In this document: piece by piece, positions 28,651-37,083 of the stretch
Layout of the letters: each line of letters opens with the position of its first letter
Position numbering within the stretch: position 1 is the first letter of the stretch
Source of the DNA: Gemmatimonadales bacterium
GTDB taxonomy: Bacteria > Gemmatimonadota > Gemmatimonadetes > Gemmatimonadales > GWC2-71-9
DNA length: 46,995 nucleotides
NCBI GenBank assembly: GCA_041613315.1
Contig: JBFJHJ010000026.1
Span: forward strand, 1 to 46,995
Reading direction: 5' to 3'
Translations under genes and position numbers: made by a program
Notes under the pieces: generated by a model
The model's database searches: none
What the model saw: the letters and a program-made list of their open reading frames with translations, nothing else
Told to the model about the DNA's origin: nothing

Positions 28651-28784
28651 CCCCCGGGGGCCCGTCCCCGGTCGCCCTCGACGACCGATGCGCCGAGCCA
28701 GGGCTCTCGCCGTGTGGGTGATGCCGGTTGCCGCGCCACAGTCCGCGGGCCTATACTCGGCAGACGAATCTCCGGAGCCGCCCG

Positions 28785-30131
28785 ATGCGCGTACTGTTCC
28801 TCGAGGTCGACACGGAGCGCGAGTGGGCTGTCGCTTCCCTCGGACCGTCGTTCATCGCCGCGTTCCTGCGCCAGCACGACCACGACGTGCACTTCCTTCG
28901 CGTCCCGCTGGAGATGACGGCCGACCAGGTCGCGGGGGAGATTCGGGACCTCGCCCCCGACCTTCTCGGCGTCTCGCTGACCACCCGACAATGGCAACGG
29001 GCCCGGCGCCTGGTTCGGGACATCCGCCGGCAGATCGAGGTGCCTGTCGCGACCGGCGGGTTGCACCCGACGTTCGCCCCCGACGACGTGCTCGCGAACC
29101 CCGGCTTCGATTACGTCTGTCTCGGCGAGGGAGAGGAGGCGACGCTCGACTTGGTCGCGGCGCTCGAAGCCGGCGCACCGGCCGACGGCATCCCCAACAT
29201 CATGACCCGTCCCGGCACGCGTCCGCGGCTGCGCCCGCCGTTCGCGCCGCTCGACGCCATGCCGTTCATGGCGCGCGACATGCTTGACGAGCCGGACGCG
29301 GTCGTCCACATGTCCACGCAGCGCGGCTGTCCGTTCCCCTGCACCTACTGCGGCGCCCGCAAGTTCCACGATCTGTACGAGGGCGTCGGCAGCTACGGTC
29401 GGCGGCGCTCGTTGGACAACGTCCTCGCCGAGTTATCCGATGTCCGGCAGGCACGCGACGTGCGCTACGTGATCTTCCTCGACGACACGTTCACGATCAA
29501 TCATCCCTGGGTCAAGGAGTTCTGCCGCGTGTACCGGACGGCGATCGGTCTCCCGTTCTGGATCCATGCGCGCGTCGAGACCGTGAACGAGCGGATGCTG
29601 CACCAGCTGGCGGGGGCCGGCTGCCGGCACATCACGTACGGCGTGGAGAGCGGCAGCTACCGGATCCGCAAGGAGGTGATGCGCCGGCCGGTTCGGAACG
29701 ACCGGTTCCGCGACGTCTTCCGCTGGACGAAAGACGCGGGGATCACGGTGACGGCGAATTACATGCTGGGGTTGCCGGAAGAAACCCGGGAGGACCTGCA
29801 GCAGACGCTCGACCTCGCGGAGGAGCTGGAGGCGTACGATTTCGGCTACTTCGTGTTCTACCCGTATCCCGGCACGCACCTGTTTCACTATTGCCTCGAG
29901 AAGAAATACCTGCCGGCGGACTACCTCGATCGGGAGGCCAACCACCGCGAGTCCATCCTCCGGTTGCCCACCCTCACCCAGGACGACATCGCCGAGTACT
30001 ACGAGCGGTTCACCGCGTTGCGGGCGCGCTTGTTCGCGGCCCGGGCCCGCGAGGCCCTGGGACCGACGATCCCGATGGAAGTCATGAGGGCGGCAACCGC
30101 GCACGTGCACGCCTTTGCCAGCACGGGTTGA
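28785..30131 (+). CDS. B12-binding radical SAM protein
   Basis: N-terminal cobalamin-binding domain (PDLLGVS, GGLHPT, GEGE), RGCPFPCTYC (CxxxCxxC), FLDDTF, GVESG, MLGLPEET, PYPGT. Confidence 0.93.
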   Translation: MRVLFLEVDTEREWAVASLGPSFIAAFLRQHDHDVHFLRVPLEMTADQVAGEIRDLAPDLLGVSLTTRQWQRARRLVRDIRRQIEVPVATGGLHPTFAPDDVLANPGFDYVCLGEGEEATLDLVAALEAGAPADGIPNIMTRPGTRPRLRPPFAPLDAMPFMARDMLDEPDAVVHMSTQRGCPFPCTYCGARKFHDLYEGVGSYGRRRSLDNVLAELSDVRQARDVRYVIFLDDTFTINHPWVKEFCRVYRTAIGLPFWIHARVETVNERMLHQLAGAGCRHITYGVESGSYRIRKEVMRRPVRNDRFRDVFRWTKDAGITVTANYMLGLPEETREDLQQTLDLAEELEAYDFGYFVFYPYPGTHLFHYCLEKKYLPADYLDREANHRESILRLPTLTQDDIAEYYERFTALRARLFAARAREALGPTIPMEVMRAATAHVHAFASTG

Positions 30132-30909
30132 CGGCGAGCCCCGGCCCGCAGCGTCGACGATCGTCACGCCGCAGCACCGGGCGGAGTATCGGCACGACGG
30201 GTTCGTGCGCCTCGGGCGCGTGCTCGGCGTGCGAGCGGTCGCGACATTGTGCGGTACGCTCGAGCAGTGGGCGCAGTCCCGGGGGCCGGCGGGCGATTAC
30301 GGGATCCTCCAGAACAACGTGTGGCGAACGCTTCCGGCATTCGCCGCGTTGGTCGAGCGCGGGGGGCTCGCCGCCGTGGCATGCCACCTGCTGCGCGTGC
30401 CGGAGGTCGTTCTGTTTCAGGACAACCTCGTGTGGAAACCTCCCGGTGCCAGGCCCATCGAATGGCACCAGGACTACAGCTATTGGCCGCTCGACGCGCC
30501 CAGCGGGGTGACGCTGTGGCTGGCGCTCGACGACGCGGATCGCACGAACGGGTGCATGCACTACCTGCCGGGCACGCATCGGCTCGGTGAGCGGCAACCG
30601 GCCGATTTCATCGCCGGAACGAATCAGCCGCGGTCGGGCGATCTCCCGCCGCTGGACTGGCGGGCGCGTGCGGCGGAGGCGGTCGTCGCGCCGGCGTCGG
30701 CCGGAGCGCTGCTCGCGCATCACCCGCTGGTGTGGCACATGTCGCCCGGGAACAGTTCGACTCGACCGCGCCGGGCGTTTACGATGACGTGGGTCACGCC
30801 GGACGTGCATTGGGACCCGGCGCACGCCCCCCATCCCTACCTGCACGCGCTCTCGCCGGCTCGCGGCGCACCGATCGCGGGCGAAGGATTCCCTCGATTC
30901 CGGATGTGA
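30115..30909 (+). CDS. PhyH-family Fe(II)/2-oxoglutarate dioxygenase
   Basis: KPP...WHQD (HxD), TLWLALDDA..NGCM..PGTH, distal WH.S..N..RRA. Start uncertain; overlaps the radical SAM stop. Confidence 0.9.
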   Translation: MPARVDGEPRPAASTIVTPQHRAEYRHDGFVRLGRVLGVRAVATLCGTLEQWAQSRGPAGDYGILQNNVWRTLPAFAALVERGGLAAVACHLLRVPEVVLFQDNLVWKPPGARPIEWHQDYSYWPLDAPSGVTLWLALDDADRTNGCMHYLPGTHRLGERQPADFIAGTNQPRSGDLPPLDWRARAAEAVVAPASAGALLAHHPLVWHMSPGNSSTRPRRAFTMTWVTPDVHWDPAHAPHPYLHALSPARGAPIAGEGFPRFRM

Positions 30910-30916
30910 GCGGCGG

Positions 30917-31993
30917 TTACGTGGCCGCCGCCACGACGAGGTGCACGCCGTACGACACCGTGCTCCGGTCGTGCAGGCGGGTGTGCCAGGGGAGGTCGGC
31001 CACTTCGGCGACGAGCTCGAGACCCGCCGTCGATTGGGGGTGGGCGCCGGGTGTGAGGAGCGATCGGACGAACGGCTCGCTCGCGCCACGGTCAGGCCCC
31101 CGCTGCGAGTGTCCCCCGATCCATTGCCCGGGCGGCGTGACGGCCGCCGACCAGTCGTAGGGCGTGGTGAGCACGGCGCGCCCACCCGGACGCAACACGT
31201 TCCGAACCGCCGTGAGGAACGTGAGCGGTGACGCCACGCAGTCCAGCACGTTGAGTCCGACGGCGAGCCCGACGGCATCGTTGGCGAACGGCAGCGCGAG
31301 GGCGTCGCAGGCCCAGAAGTCCACGCGGTCCGCGCCGGCGAAGCTGACGGGGAACTCGCGGCGGTCGTACACGATCCCCACGCGCCGGCGTGGATAGCGG
31401 ATCGTTCCCGTGCGCAGCACGTGCTGCGCGACGCGAAGCATCGAGAAGTTGATGTCGACGCCGAGCACGAGGTCTGTGGTGTGCTCGGCGAGCGTGAAGG
31501 CGGTTCGCCCCACCGCGCAGCCCAGGTCGATGACCGGGCCGGCGATAGGCGTATCGATCAGGTCGAGCCCCCGCTCCAGGCAGCGGACGACCGATCCGGG
31601 CCGCGCGTCGCCCGCGGGCTCGTGCTCGTCGAGGTCGGCGTAGTTGTCCCAGCAGTACGTGCTCAGGTGCTGCCGGGTCGCGTCATACCACGTGCCCGGC
31701 CCCATGCCGTCCCCGAGGATCCCCTCCAGCGTCTCCGAGAGATCGTCGCGCGCGATCAGGTGCTGGATGTTGTCCGACAGGTAGCTCACGATGTGCGGCA
31801 CGAGCACGGGGATGCCGTCCACGATCGGGTACTCGAGGCGGCACTCGGCATCGGGGCAGTGAATGACCCCCTCCGATACGACCTCGCGCTCTTCGTGGAT
31901 CACCGTGGCCAGCACGAGCGGGACGTCTCTCGTGCGTTCCGCTCGGCAGCGGGGACAGACGGGTCGGAACGACTCGAAGTGCCGTCGGCGCAA
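30917..31993 (-). CDS. Class I SAM-dependent methyltransferase with N-terminal Zn/Trm112-like domain
   Basis: CPRC...CPDAEC..YPIVDGIPVL; SAM motif VIDLGCAVGR; CDALALPF, LRPGG. TTG 31993 follows GGAGG at the end of the PAAR gene. Confidence 0.85.
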   Translation of the reverse strand: MRRRHFESFRPVCPRCRAERTRDVPLVLATVIHEEREVVSEGVIHCPDAECRLEYPIVDGIPVLVPHIVSYLSDNIQHLIARDDLSETLEGILGDGMGPGTWYDATRQHLSTYCWDNYADLDEHEPAGDARPGSVVRCLERGLDLIDTPIAGPVIDLGCAVGRTAFTLAEHTTDLVLGVDINFSMLRVAQHVLRTGTIRYPRRRVGIVYDRREFPVSFAGADRVDFWACDALALPFANDAVGLAVGLNVLDCVASPLTFLTAVRNVLRPGGRAVLTTPYDWSAAVTPPGQWIGGHSQRGPDRGASEPFVRSLLTPGAHPQSTAGLELVAEVADLPWHTRLHDRSTVSYGVHLVVAAAT

Positions 31994-32001
31994 CTGGCGG
32001 G

Positions 32002-32388
32002 TCAGCCTCCGATCCGCACCGTGGGGCAGCAGGGCCCTTGGATCTTGCCGGTAGGCGCCGGAATCGGTGCGACGCAGCTCGAGTGAGCGGTGGCGTCGTT
32101 CAACCGGGCCGCCGGCAGGTTTTCGATCAGCACGGTCGCGGATCCCTTGCTGATGATCCCCGGTCCGGCCGGCACACAACCGGGCAACATGCACGGCAGC
32201 GTGGTATCCGAGGTCCGGGCCGCCGGCTTGCCGCCGATGCGTACGGTGGCGGCGCCCTTCGCAATCTGCAGGGGAAGCGGCGGGTGGGGCACCGGCGTCG
32301 GCACCGGCGCCGGTGGGTGGATCGGCGCATGACAGTGAGGTGCGTCCTGCACGACGCTGTCACCCATGCGCGCGGCGGGTTGTCCCAT
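32002..32388 (-). CDS. PAAR domain spike-tip protein
   Basis: Three literal PAAR motifs (QPAAR, KPAAR, LPAAR) and three TV(R/L)I strands; AGGAG RBS. Confidence 0.95.
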   Translation of the reverse strand: MGQPAARMGDSVVQDAPHCHAPIHPPAPVPTPVPHPPLPLQIAKGAATVRIGGKPAARTSDTTLPCMLPGCVPAGPGIISKGSATVLIENLPAARLNDATAHSSCVAPIPAPTGKIQGPCCPTVRIGG

Positions 32389-32422
32389 GGCCCATCTCCT
32401 CTCTCTTCGGTTGCGCGACGGG

Positions 32423-32659
32423 TCAGTTCAAATTGATCATGGCGCCCTTGAGGTTCATGGTCGCCGCCGCCTTGAGCTCCATCGTGCTGCTCGACTCGAT
32501 GGTCACGGTCGTGCCTTTGAGGGTCACGGCGTTGCCGCTGGCATCAACGCTCAGGCATTTCTCGATGGCCGTCAGTTTCTTCTGGAGATCCGCGACCTGC
32601 CGGGTGAGCTTCATGACGGTGGCGTCCGAGCTGCTGGGTTGCAGGGGGGTCCGGTGCAT
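32423..32659 (-). CDS. 78-aa protein: coiled coil plus VgrG/gp5-like C-terminal beta-helix tip
   Basis: GGAGG RBS, ATG 32659; heptad LTRQVADLQKKLTAIEKCL, then repeats AVTLKG/TVTIES/TMELKA/TMNLKG ending GAMINLN. Confidence 0.75.
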   Translation of the reverse strand: MHRTPLQPSSSDATVMKLTRQVADLQKKLTAIEKCLSVDASGNAVTLKGTTVTIESSSTMELKAAATMNLKGAMINLN

Positions 32660-32851
32660 GGGGTCAGGCCTCCGGCGAGTGTGGGTCTCCTGGCACTCGC
32701 GCGCTCCGCAGGGGAGAGCGTCGGGCGCAATGACGCGCCTCCAGGGGACGGGTCGCGCCAAAGTATCTCGTGGTCGGCGGGATGGCAAACGGGCGGCGAC
32801 CGACGATCCTCGACATGGACCTACGCCGGCGGCGTGGGCTCGGGGACTCGT

Positions 32852-34315
32852 CTATCGGACTTTGAAGGGGTCCGTGAATCTCAGTTCCGTGAGGAACCTC
32901 TCGTCGGTCAGGGTACGCAGGAACGCGACGAGCGCATCGATCTGTTCCTCGGTCAAGTCCAAGCGCTTCGGTGCGCCGCCGGCAGTCTTCAGGGCGTCGT
33001 CGAGCTGGGGATGCGGTTGCACGCCCGCGTTATAGTGCTCGACGACCTCTCGCAGCGTCGCAAACCGGCCGTCGTGCATGTACGGTCCCCGCGCGCCGAC
33101 GTTCCGCAACGAGGGCGCCTTGAAGCGTCCACCGCCCGCGCCCTCGTCGGTATCCGTACTCGCGTCCAGACCGTTGTTGCGGATGCTGTCGCTCACCTGG
33201 GCGGCCGTGTGATGGCATTGGTGGCACCCGGCGGCTCCTGAGGTGGTGTTGCCCGGGACGGCGGCAAACAGCTCGTAGCCGAGACGTTCCTGCTCGGTGA
33301 AGATCGGTGCGCCGTCGGGGAAGCCCGCGGCGAGCGCGCGATCGTATGTGGACCGATACGAGACCATGGCGCGCACGAACTGCGCCAGGGCCTTGGCGAT
33401 ACGGTCGGCCGTCACGTCCGGCGTCCCGAACGCGCTCGCGAACAGCGGCGGGTAGAACTCCGTGTCGGCCAGCTTGCTTTCCAGCACGACCAGGGGCATC
33501 CCCATCTCGGTCCGATCCTGGATCGGGGTTAGCACCTGTTCTTCCAGCGTCGCCGCCCGCTCGTCCCAGAAGAAGTGTCCCCGGGCGTAGTAGCGGGCGT
33601 TGGCTAACCCCGGGGAATGCCGGCGCGTCAATCCACCGAGGTACCCGCGGCTGAAGCGACTCGTGTCCGAGAATCCATGGGCCTGCTGATGGCACGAGGC
33701 GCACGAGACGGAATCGTTGAGCGAGAGCCGCATGTCGTAGAACAGCACTCGGCCGAGCGTCGCACCGGCGTTGGTAATGGGATTGTCGGCGGGCGTATTG
33801 TCGGTGGCCGCCACGTCGCCAAACGGGCTGTCGGGATCCGTGAAGTGATTGGGAAGCGCCACGTCGGCTGCGGCGTACCTGTAGGTCACCGCGGGGAGGG
33901 TCGGGGTGTCAAACGGCGTCAGGGAAAGGGCGACGATGTCGAAGCTGTCGCGGGCGATGCCGCCGTTCCCATCCTCCGCGACGATCGCCGCGGTCACGGT
34001 GGCAGGCTCGGTGGGAGTGCCGCTGATCAGGCCCGCATCGCTCGTCAGGCCATTGGGCGCGGGAGTGAAGATGATGCGGTAGGTCAGGGGGTCGCCGTCG
34101 GGGTCGCTGAAGACCGTCCCCTGGCGGGTCGCGTCATAGCTGAACGCCACGCCGGCGGTAGCCGGCTGATCGTCGTTGGGGGCGACGACGAGCGGTGGCC
34201 GATTGCCAATCTGCTCGGGGGGGGCCGTCGTGGGGCCGCTGCCGTCGCAGGCGGTGCCGGCGATGGCAACGATCGGCAGCACGGCCCAGCATCTGGCGAG
34301 AGGCACTCGGTGCAT
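32852..34315 (-). CDS. Di-haem cytochrome c peroxidase (MauG/bCcP superfamily) lipoprotein with N-terminal Ig/cadherin-like domain
   Basis: Lipobox GTAC; FSDPDGDPLTY..ISGTP Ig repeat; LGRVLFYD..CASCH, FWDERA, CHQCH, FKAPSLRN, GPYMHDG. Confidence 0.9.
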   Translation of the reverse strand: MHRVPLARCWAVLPIVAIAGTACDGSGPTTAPPEQIGNRPPLVVAPNDDQPATAGVAFSYDATRQGTVFSDPDGDPLTYRIIFTPAPNGLTSDAGLISGTPTEPATVTAAIVAEDGNGGIARDSFDIVALSLTPFDTPTLPAVTYRYAAADVALPNHFTDPDSPFGDVAATDNTPADNPITNAGATLGRVLFYDMRLSLNDSVSCASCHQQAHGFSDTSRFSRGYLGGLTRRHSPGLANARYYARGHFFWDERAATLEEQVLTPIQDRTEMGMPLVVLESKLADTEFYPPLFASAFGTPDVTADRIAKALAQFVRAMVSYRSTYDRALAAGFPDGAPIFTEQERLGYELFAAVPGNTTSGAAGCHQCHHTAAQVSDSIRNNGLDASTDTDEGAGGGRFKAPSLRNVGARGPYMHDGRFATLREVVEHYNAGVQPHPQLDDALKTAGGAPKRLDLTEEQIDALVAFLRTLTDERFLTELRFTDPFKVR

Positions 34316-34434
34316 GGTCCATCCCTTGGTGCGCGCTACTGAGAGACCGGTCACGGCGAAGATACGCGGAGGACGGTCCGACGCCAGCGGAGCGCCGGTG
34401 CTGGCGACATGGACCGCTCGTCGGCGCTCGGCGG

Positions 34435-34941
34435 TCAGTCGGGCAACGGCGCCCACATCCGGCGCCAGATGCCCCAGGCCCCGTCGGGCGGGCGGCTGAG
34501 CACCATGAGGTAGGTGGTGCGGCTCGTCGCTTGTCGGGTCCGGCGCTCGTCCACCCAGGTGAACGCGACGTCCGCCCGGCCCCGCACGATGGCCAGATCG
34601 CCGCTCACCTTCACTTCGGCGATCGTATCGTCGAACCGCGTCACGGTGGTGGCCGGCCCCGCCGGAGGCCACCAGAACCGCCGGATGGCGTCGGTGCCCT
34701 CGACGGGCGGGACGCCGAACGGGAGGAGGACGGCGTCGTCGGTGAGGGTGGCCATCACGGCGGCGGAATCGTTGGCGCGCCAGGCGGCGGCGTACGCCTC
34801 CGCCACCTGTCGCGCCGCGAGTTGGTCGGCACGCTCGGAGTTGCACGCGACGGTCCCGAGGACGAGGAGCGGCGGGAGGATCGCCGGGAACCCGAATGCA
34901 CGTCGTAGATCGTTCACCGTCTCGTATCCTCGCAGGCTCAT
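34435..34941 (-). CDS. NTF2/SnoaL-like (DUF4440) lipoprotein
   Basis: YAAAWRAND, TDDAVLLP...EGTDAIRRFW, SGDLAIVRG, DGAW; lipobox TVAC. Start uncertain. Confidence 0.8.
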   Translation of the reverse strand: MSLRGYETVNDLRRAFGFPAILPPLLVLGTVACNSERADQLAARQVAEAYAAAWRANDSAAVMATLTDDAVLLPFGVPPVEGTDAIRRFWWPPAGPATTVTRFDDTIAEVKVSGDLAIVRGRADVAFTWVDERRTRQATSRTTYLMVLSRPPDGAWGIWRRMWAPLPD

Positions 34942-34994
34942 GTGTTCACCAGGCGCCGCAACATCGACCCGGCGGATCTGTCCGAATGCGGTAT

Positions 34995-35144
34995 TCAGGT
35001 ATCGCGTTGGTAATCCACCCGGTCGCGGCGGCCATCGTCGCGGCGGGTGAGCCACCAGATCGGTGCGCCGATCACGAGCGCCGCGGTCGCGACACCTACG
35101 ATAACTCTGAACAGCGTACGTGCTCCACCGGCATCCGGTCGCAT
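34995..35144 (-). CDS. Small single-TM protein (49 aa)
   Basis: MRPDAGGARTLFRVIVGVATAALVIGAPIWWLTRR; co-oriented with its neighbours. Confidence 0.45.
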   Translation of the reverse strand: MRPDAGGARTLFRVIVGVATAALVIGAPIWWLTRRDDGRRDRVDYQRDT

Positions 35145-35166
35145 CACACCCGTGCCGCGCTCCACC

Positions 35167-36153
35167 TCACCGCTGATATTGAAACCGATACTCGCGCCGA
35201 TCCACCCGCGCGAACTCATGCGTTTCCTTCCCCACCCGCACCGTTCCGGCGACGTGTTTCGCCACCTCCAGCTCGTACGGGATCAACGTCGCCGGCTCGG
35301 CTACGAGCCACACGGTGTTCTCCATCTCCAGCTCCTCGAACACCGGCACGGTGTCGCCACCCGCCACCCCGGCCTCCCGCATGAACCGCGTGAGGAACTC
35401 GACGAGCTTCTCGGGATCGGGGTACGACTGCATCTCGAGTTCCACACACCGCTCCTCCACCGCCCCGCTGTCGCACGCTACCCGTCCCACCACCGCGAAT
35501 TGATAGATCGTGGGGAGCAGGATGTCCGGGAACAGCGGCGTGGGCTCCTGCGCCTCCATTTCGTACACCGATCCGATCTCGAGATCCCCCTCGATCCACG
35601 CCCCCACCGCGGCGTTCCAGAACTCGCTCACCTGCGACTGAAGCACCTCGGGCGAGAGTAGCCGCTCGAGCATCTGCTCCGCCTGGGCACCCGGCATCTC
35701 GCCCGCCCGCGCGCGGATCATCGAGTCCACCGCCGCCCTCACTGGCGCGATGTCATGCACCCCCACGAACTCGCCCTCGGCACTGACCACGTAGCTCGGC
35801 ATCAAGGTGCCCAACAGGGTGTTCATCTGCTCGAGCGCGGCCGCACCACCCATGGCGATCGCCGCCTCCATCCCCGGCACCGTGAAATCGCCGTGGCGGA
35901 TCAAGCGCCCCTTGGGATGCGCTTCGGCGCTCATCCGATAGGACAAGCGATGGACCGCCGTGTCGTTCCCCTCCTCCCGCGTGCGGACAACGTCCACCCA
36001 CGCGGACAGCCCCACGGGCCAGCCGAAGCGGAGAACCACGACCTCGGCCGGCGGGACGGTATCGGTTTGGGCAGGGAGGCCGGGCGCGGCCCCCAGGCAC
36101 ACCGAGGCGAGCCCGAGGATGACGGTCACCGGCCGGAGCTGGGCAGGGCGCAT
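35167..36153 (-). CDS. Hypothetical secreted protein
   Basis: Signal peptide ending LPA|QTDT; acidic beta-rich body. Confidence 0.75.
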   Translation of the reverse strand: MRPAQLRPVTVILGLASVCLGAAPGLPAQTDTVPPAEVVVLRFGWPVGLSAWVDVVRTREEGNDTAVHRLSYRMSAEAHPKGRLIRHGDFTVPGMEAAIAMGGAAALEQMNTLLGTLMPSYVVSAEGEFVGVHDIAPVRAAVDSMIRARAGEMPGAQAEQMLERLLSPEVLQSQVSEFWNAAVGAWIEGDLEIGSVYEMEAQEPTPLFPDILLPTIYQFAVVGRVACDSGAVEERCVELEMQSYPDPEKLVEFLTRFMREAGVAGGDTVPVFEELEMENTVWLVAEPATLIPYELEVAKHVAGTVRVGKETHEFARVDRREYRFQYQR

Positions 36154-36285
36154 AGGACGAGGTCCGAAGGGTAGGCTACCAATCTCCATGGCGACGCGCC
36201 CGGAAGCCAGGCCCCTAGCGGGACAGCGTCACTCGCCCGGAAGACACGCGTCCAATCTAGCGATCCCCACCCATACCTTACGCCC

Positions 36286-36819
36286 TCAGATAGCCACTCC
36301 CGATGTCGCCACGTACGTCGCCCGTGCGGTGCGGGGAAACGCGCCCCACCAAAGCGCATTCTCCTGGCGACGGTAGTGGAACAGGAACTCGCCGGCCGTC
36401 TGCTTGACGGCCTGGTTTCGCGTGTTGCTGTAGTGCCACACCACGCCATTCAGCACAATCCCGATGTGCTTCTTCGGGACGTTTGCCATCCGCATCGGCA
36501 TCGGTCCGGGGTGGCAGACCCGCTCTGGCTGGAAGCTCGAACGCTTGCTGACGAAGATGAGACCCGCTCCATTGGCCGGACACTCGATGATCTCTTGGGT
36601 CATCGGGCAGCGGGCGAAGATCTCGTGAACCCGCACATTGGCCGCCGCAGCGGCGCCGCGTCGTCCTCTCAAGGCGGCACATGTGACGCCGAAGTCCAGC
36701 TGCAGAACGTGAGCTACAAAGTGGGCACAATGATTGTCGTTTCTGGCGTCGTATCCGTGAGGGCATACGGCACGCATGGAATGGCCGAGGTAGCCATCCA
36801 ACACGTCTGTCGTGACCAT
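36286..36819 (-). CDS. Putative papain-like (NlpC/P60/Tae-type) Cys-His amidase
   Basis: GGAGA RBS; NHCAHFVAH and KHIGIV motifs; no signal peptide. Confidence 0.55.
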   Translation of the reverse strand: MVTTDVLDGYLGHSMRAVCPHGYDARNDNHCAHFVAHVLQLDFGVTCAALRGRRGAAAAANVRVHEIFARCPMTQEIIECPANGAGLIFVSKRSSFQPERVCHPGPMPMRMANVPKKHIGIVLNGVVWHYSNTRNQAVKQTAGEFLFHYRRQENALWWGAFPRTARATYVATSGVAI

Positions 36820-37083
36820 GGCGCTTCTCCCTTTCTCGAGTGATACCGCCCACCGCTGCCGAGGAGTATTCGGGGGGAGGCCGGTCACGCGATCGTCAAG
36901 CCGGTCGGCGGCATACGCATGCGAGGCCGGGAGCAGGCCACGCGGGGCGCGCCCGTTCGCGCGCCGAACGTCAGGCACCACAATGGATTGACTCGCCGGT
37001 GAGTCGGTGACGGGGACCGTCGCTGCATCCGTGGGTGCTTCGACCGGAGCCCCACCCGAGCGGTGGCAGGAACGGATCGCGCG

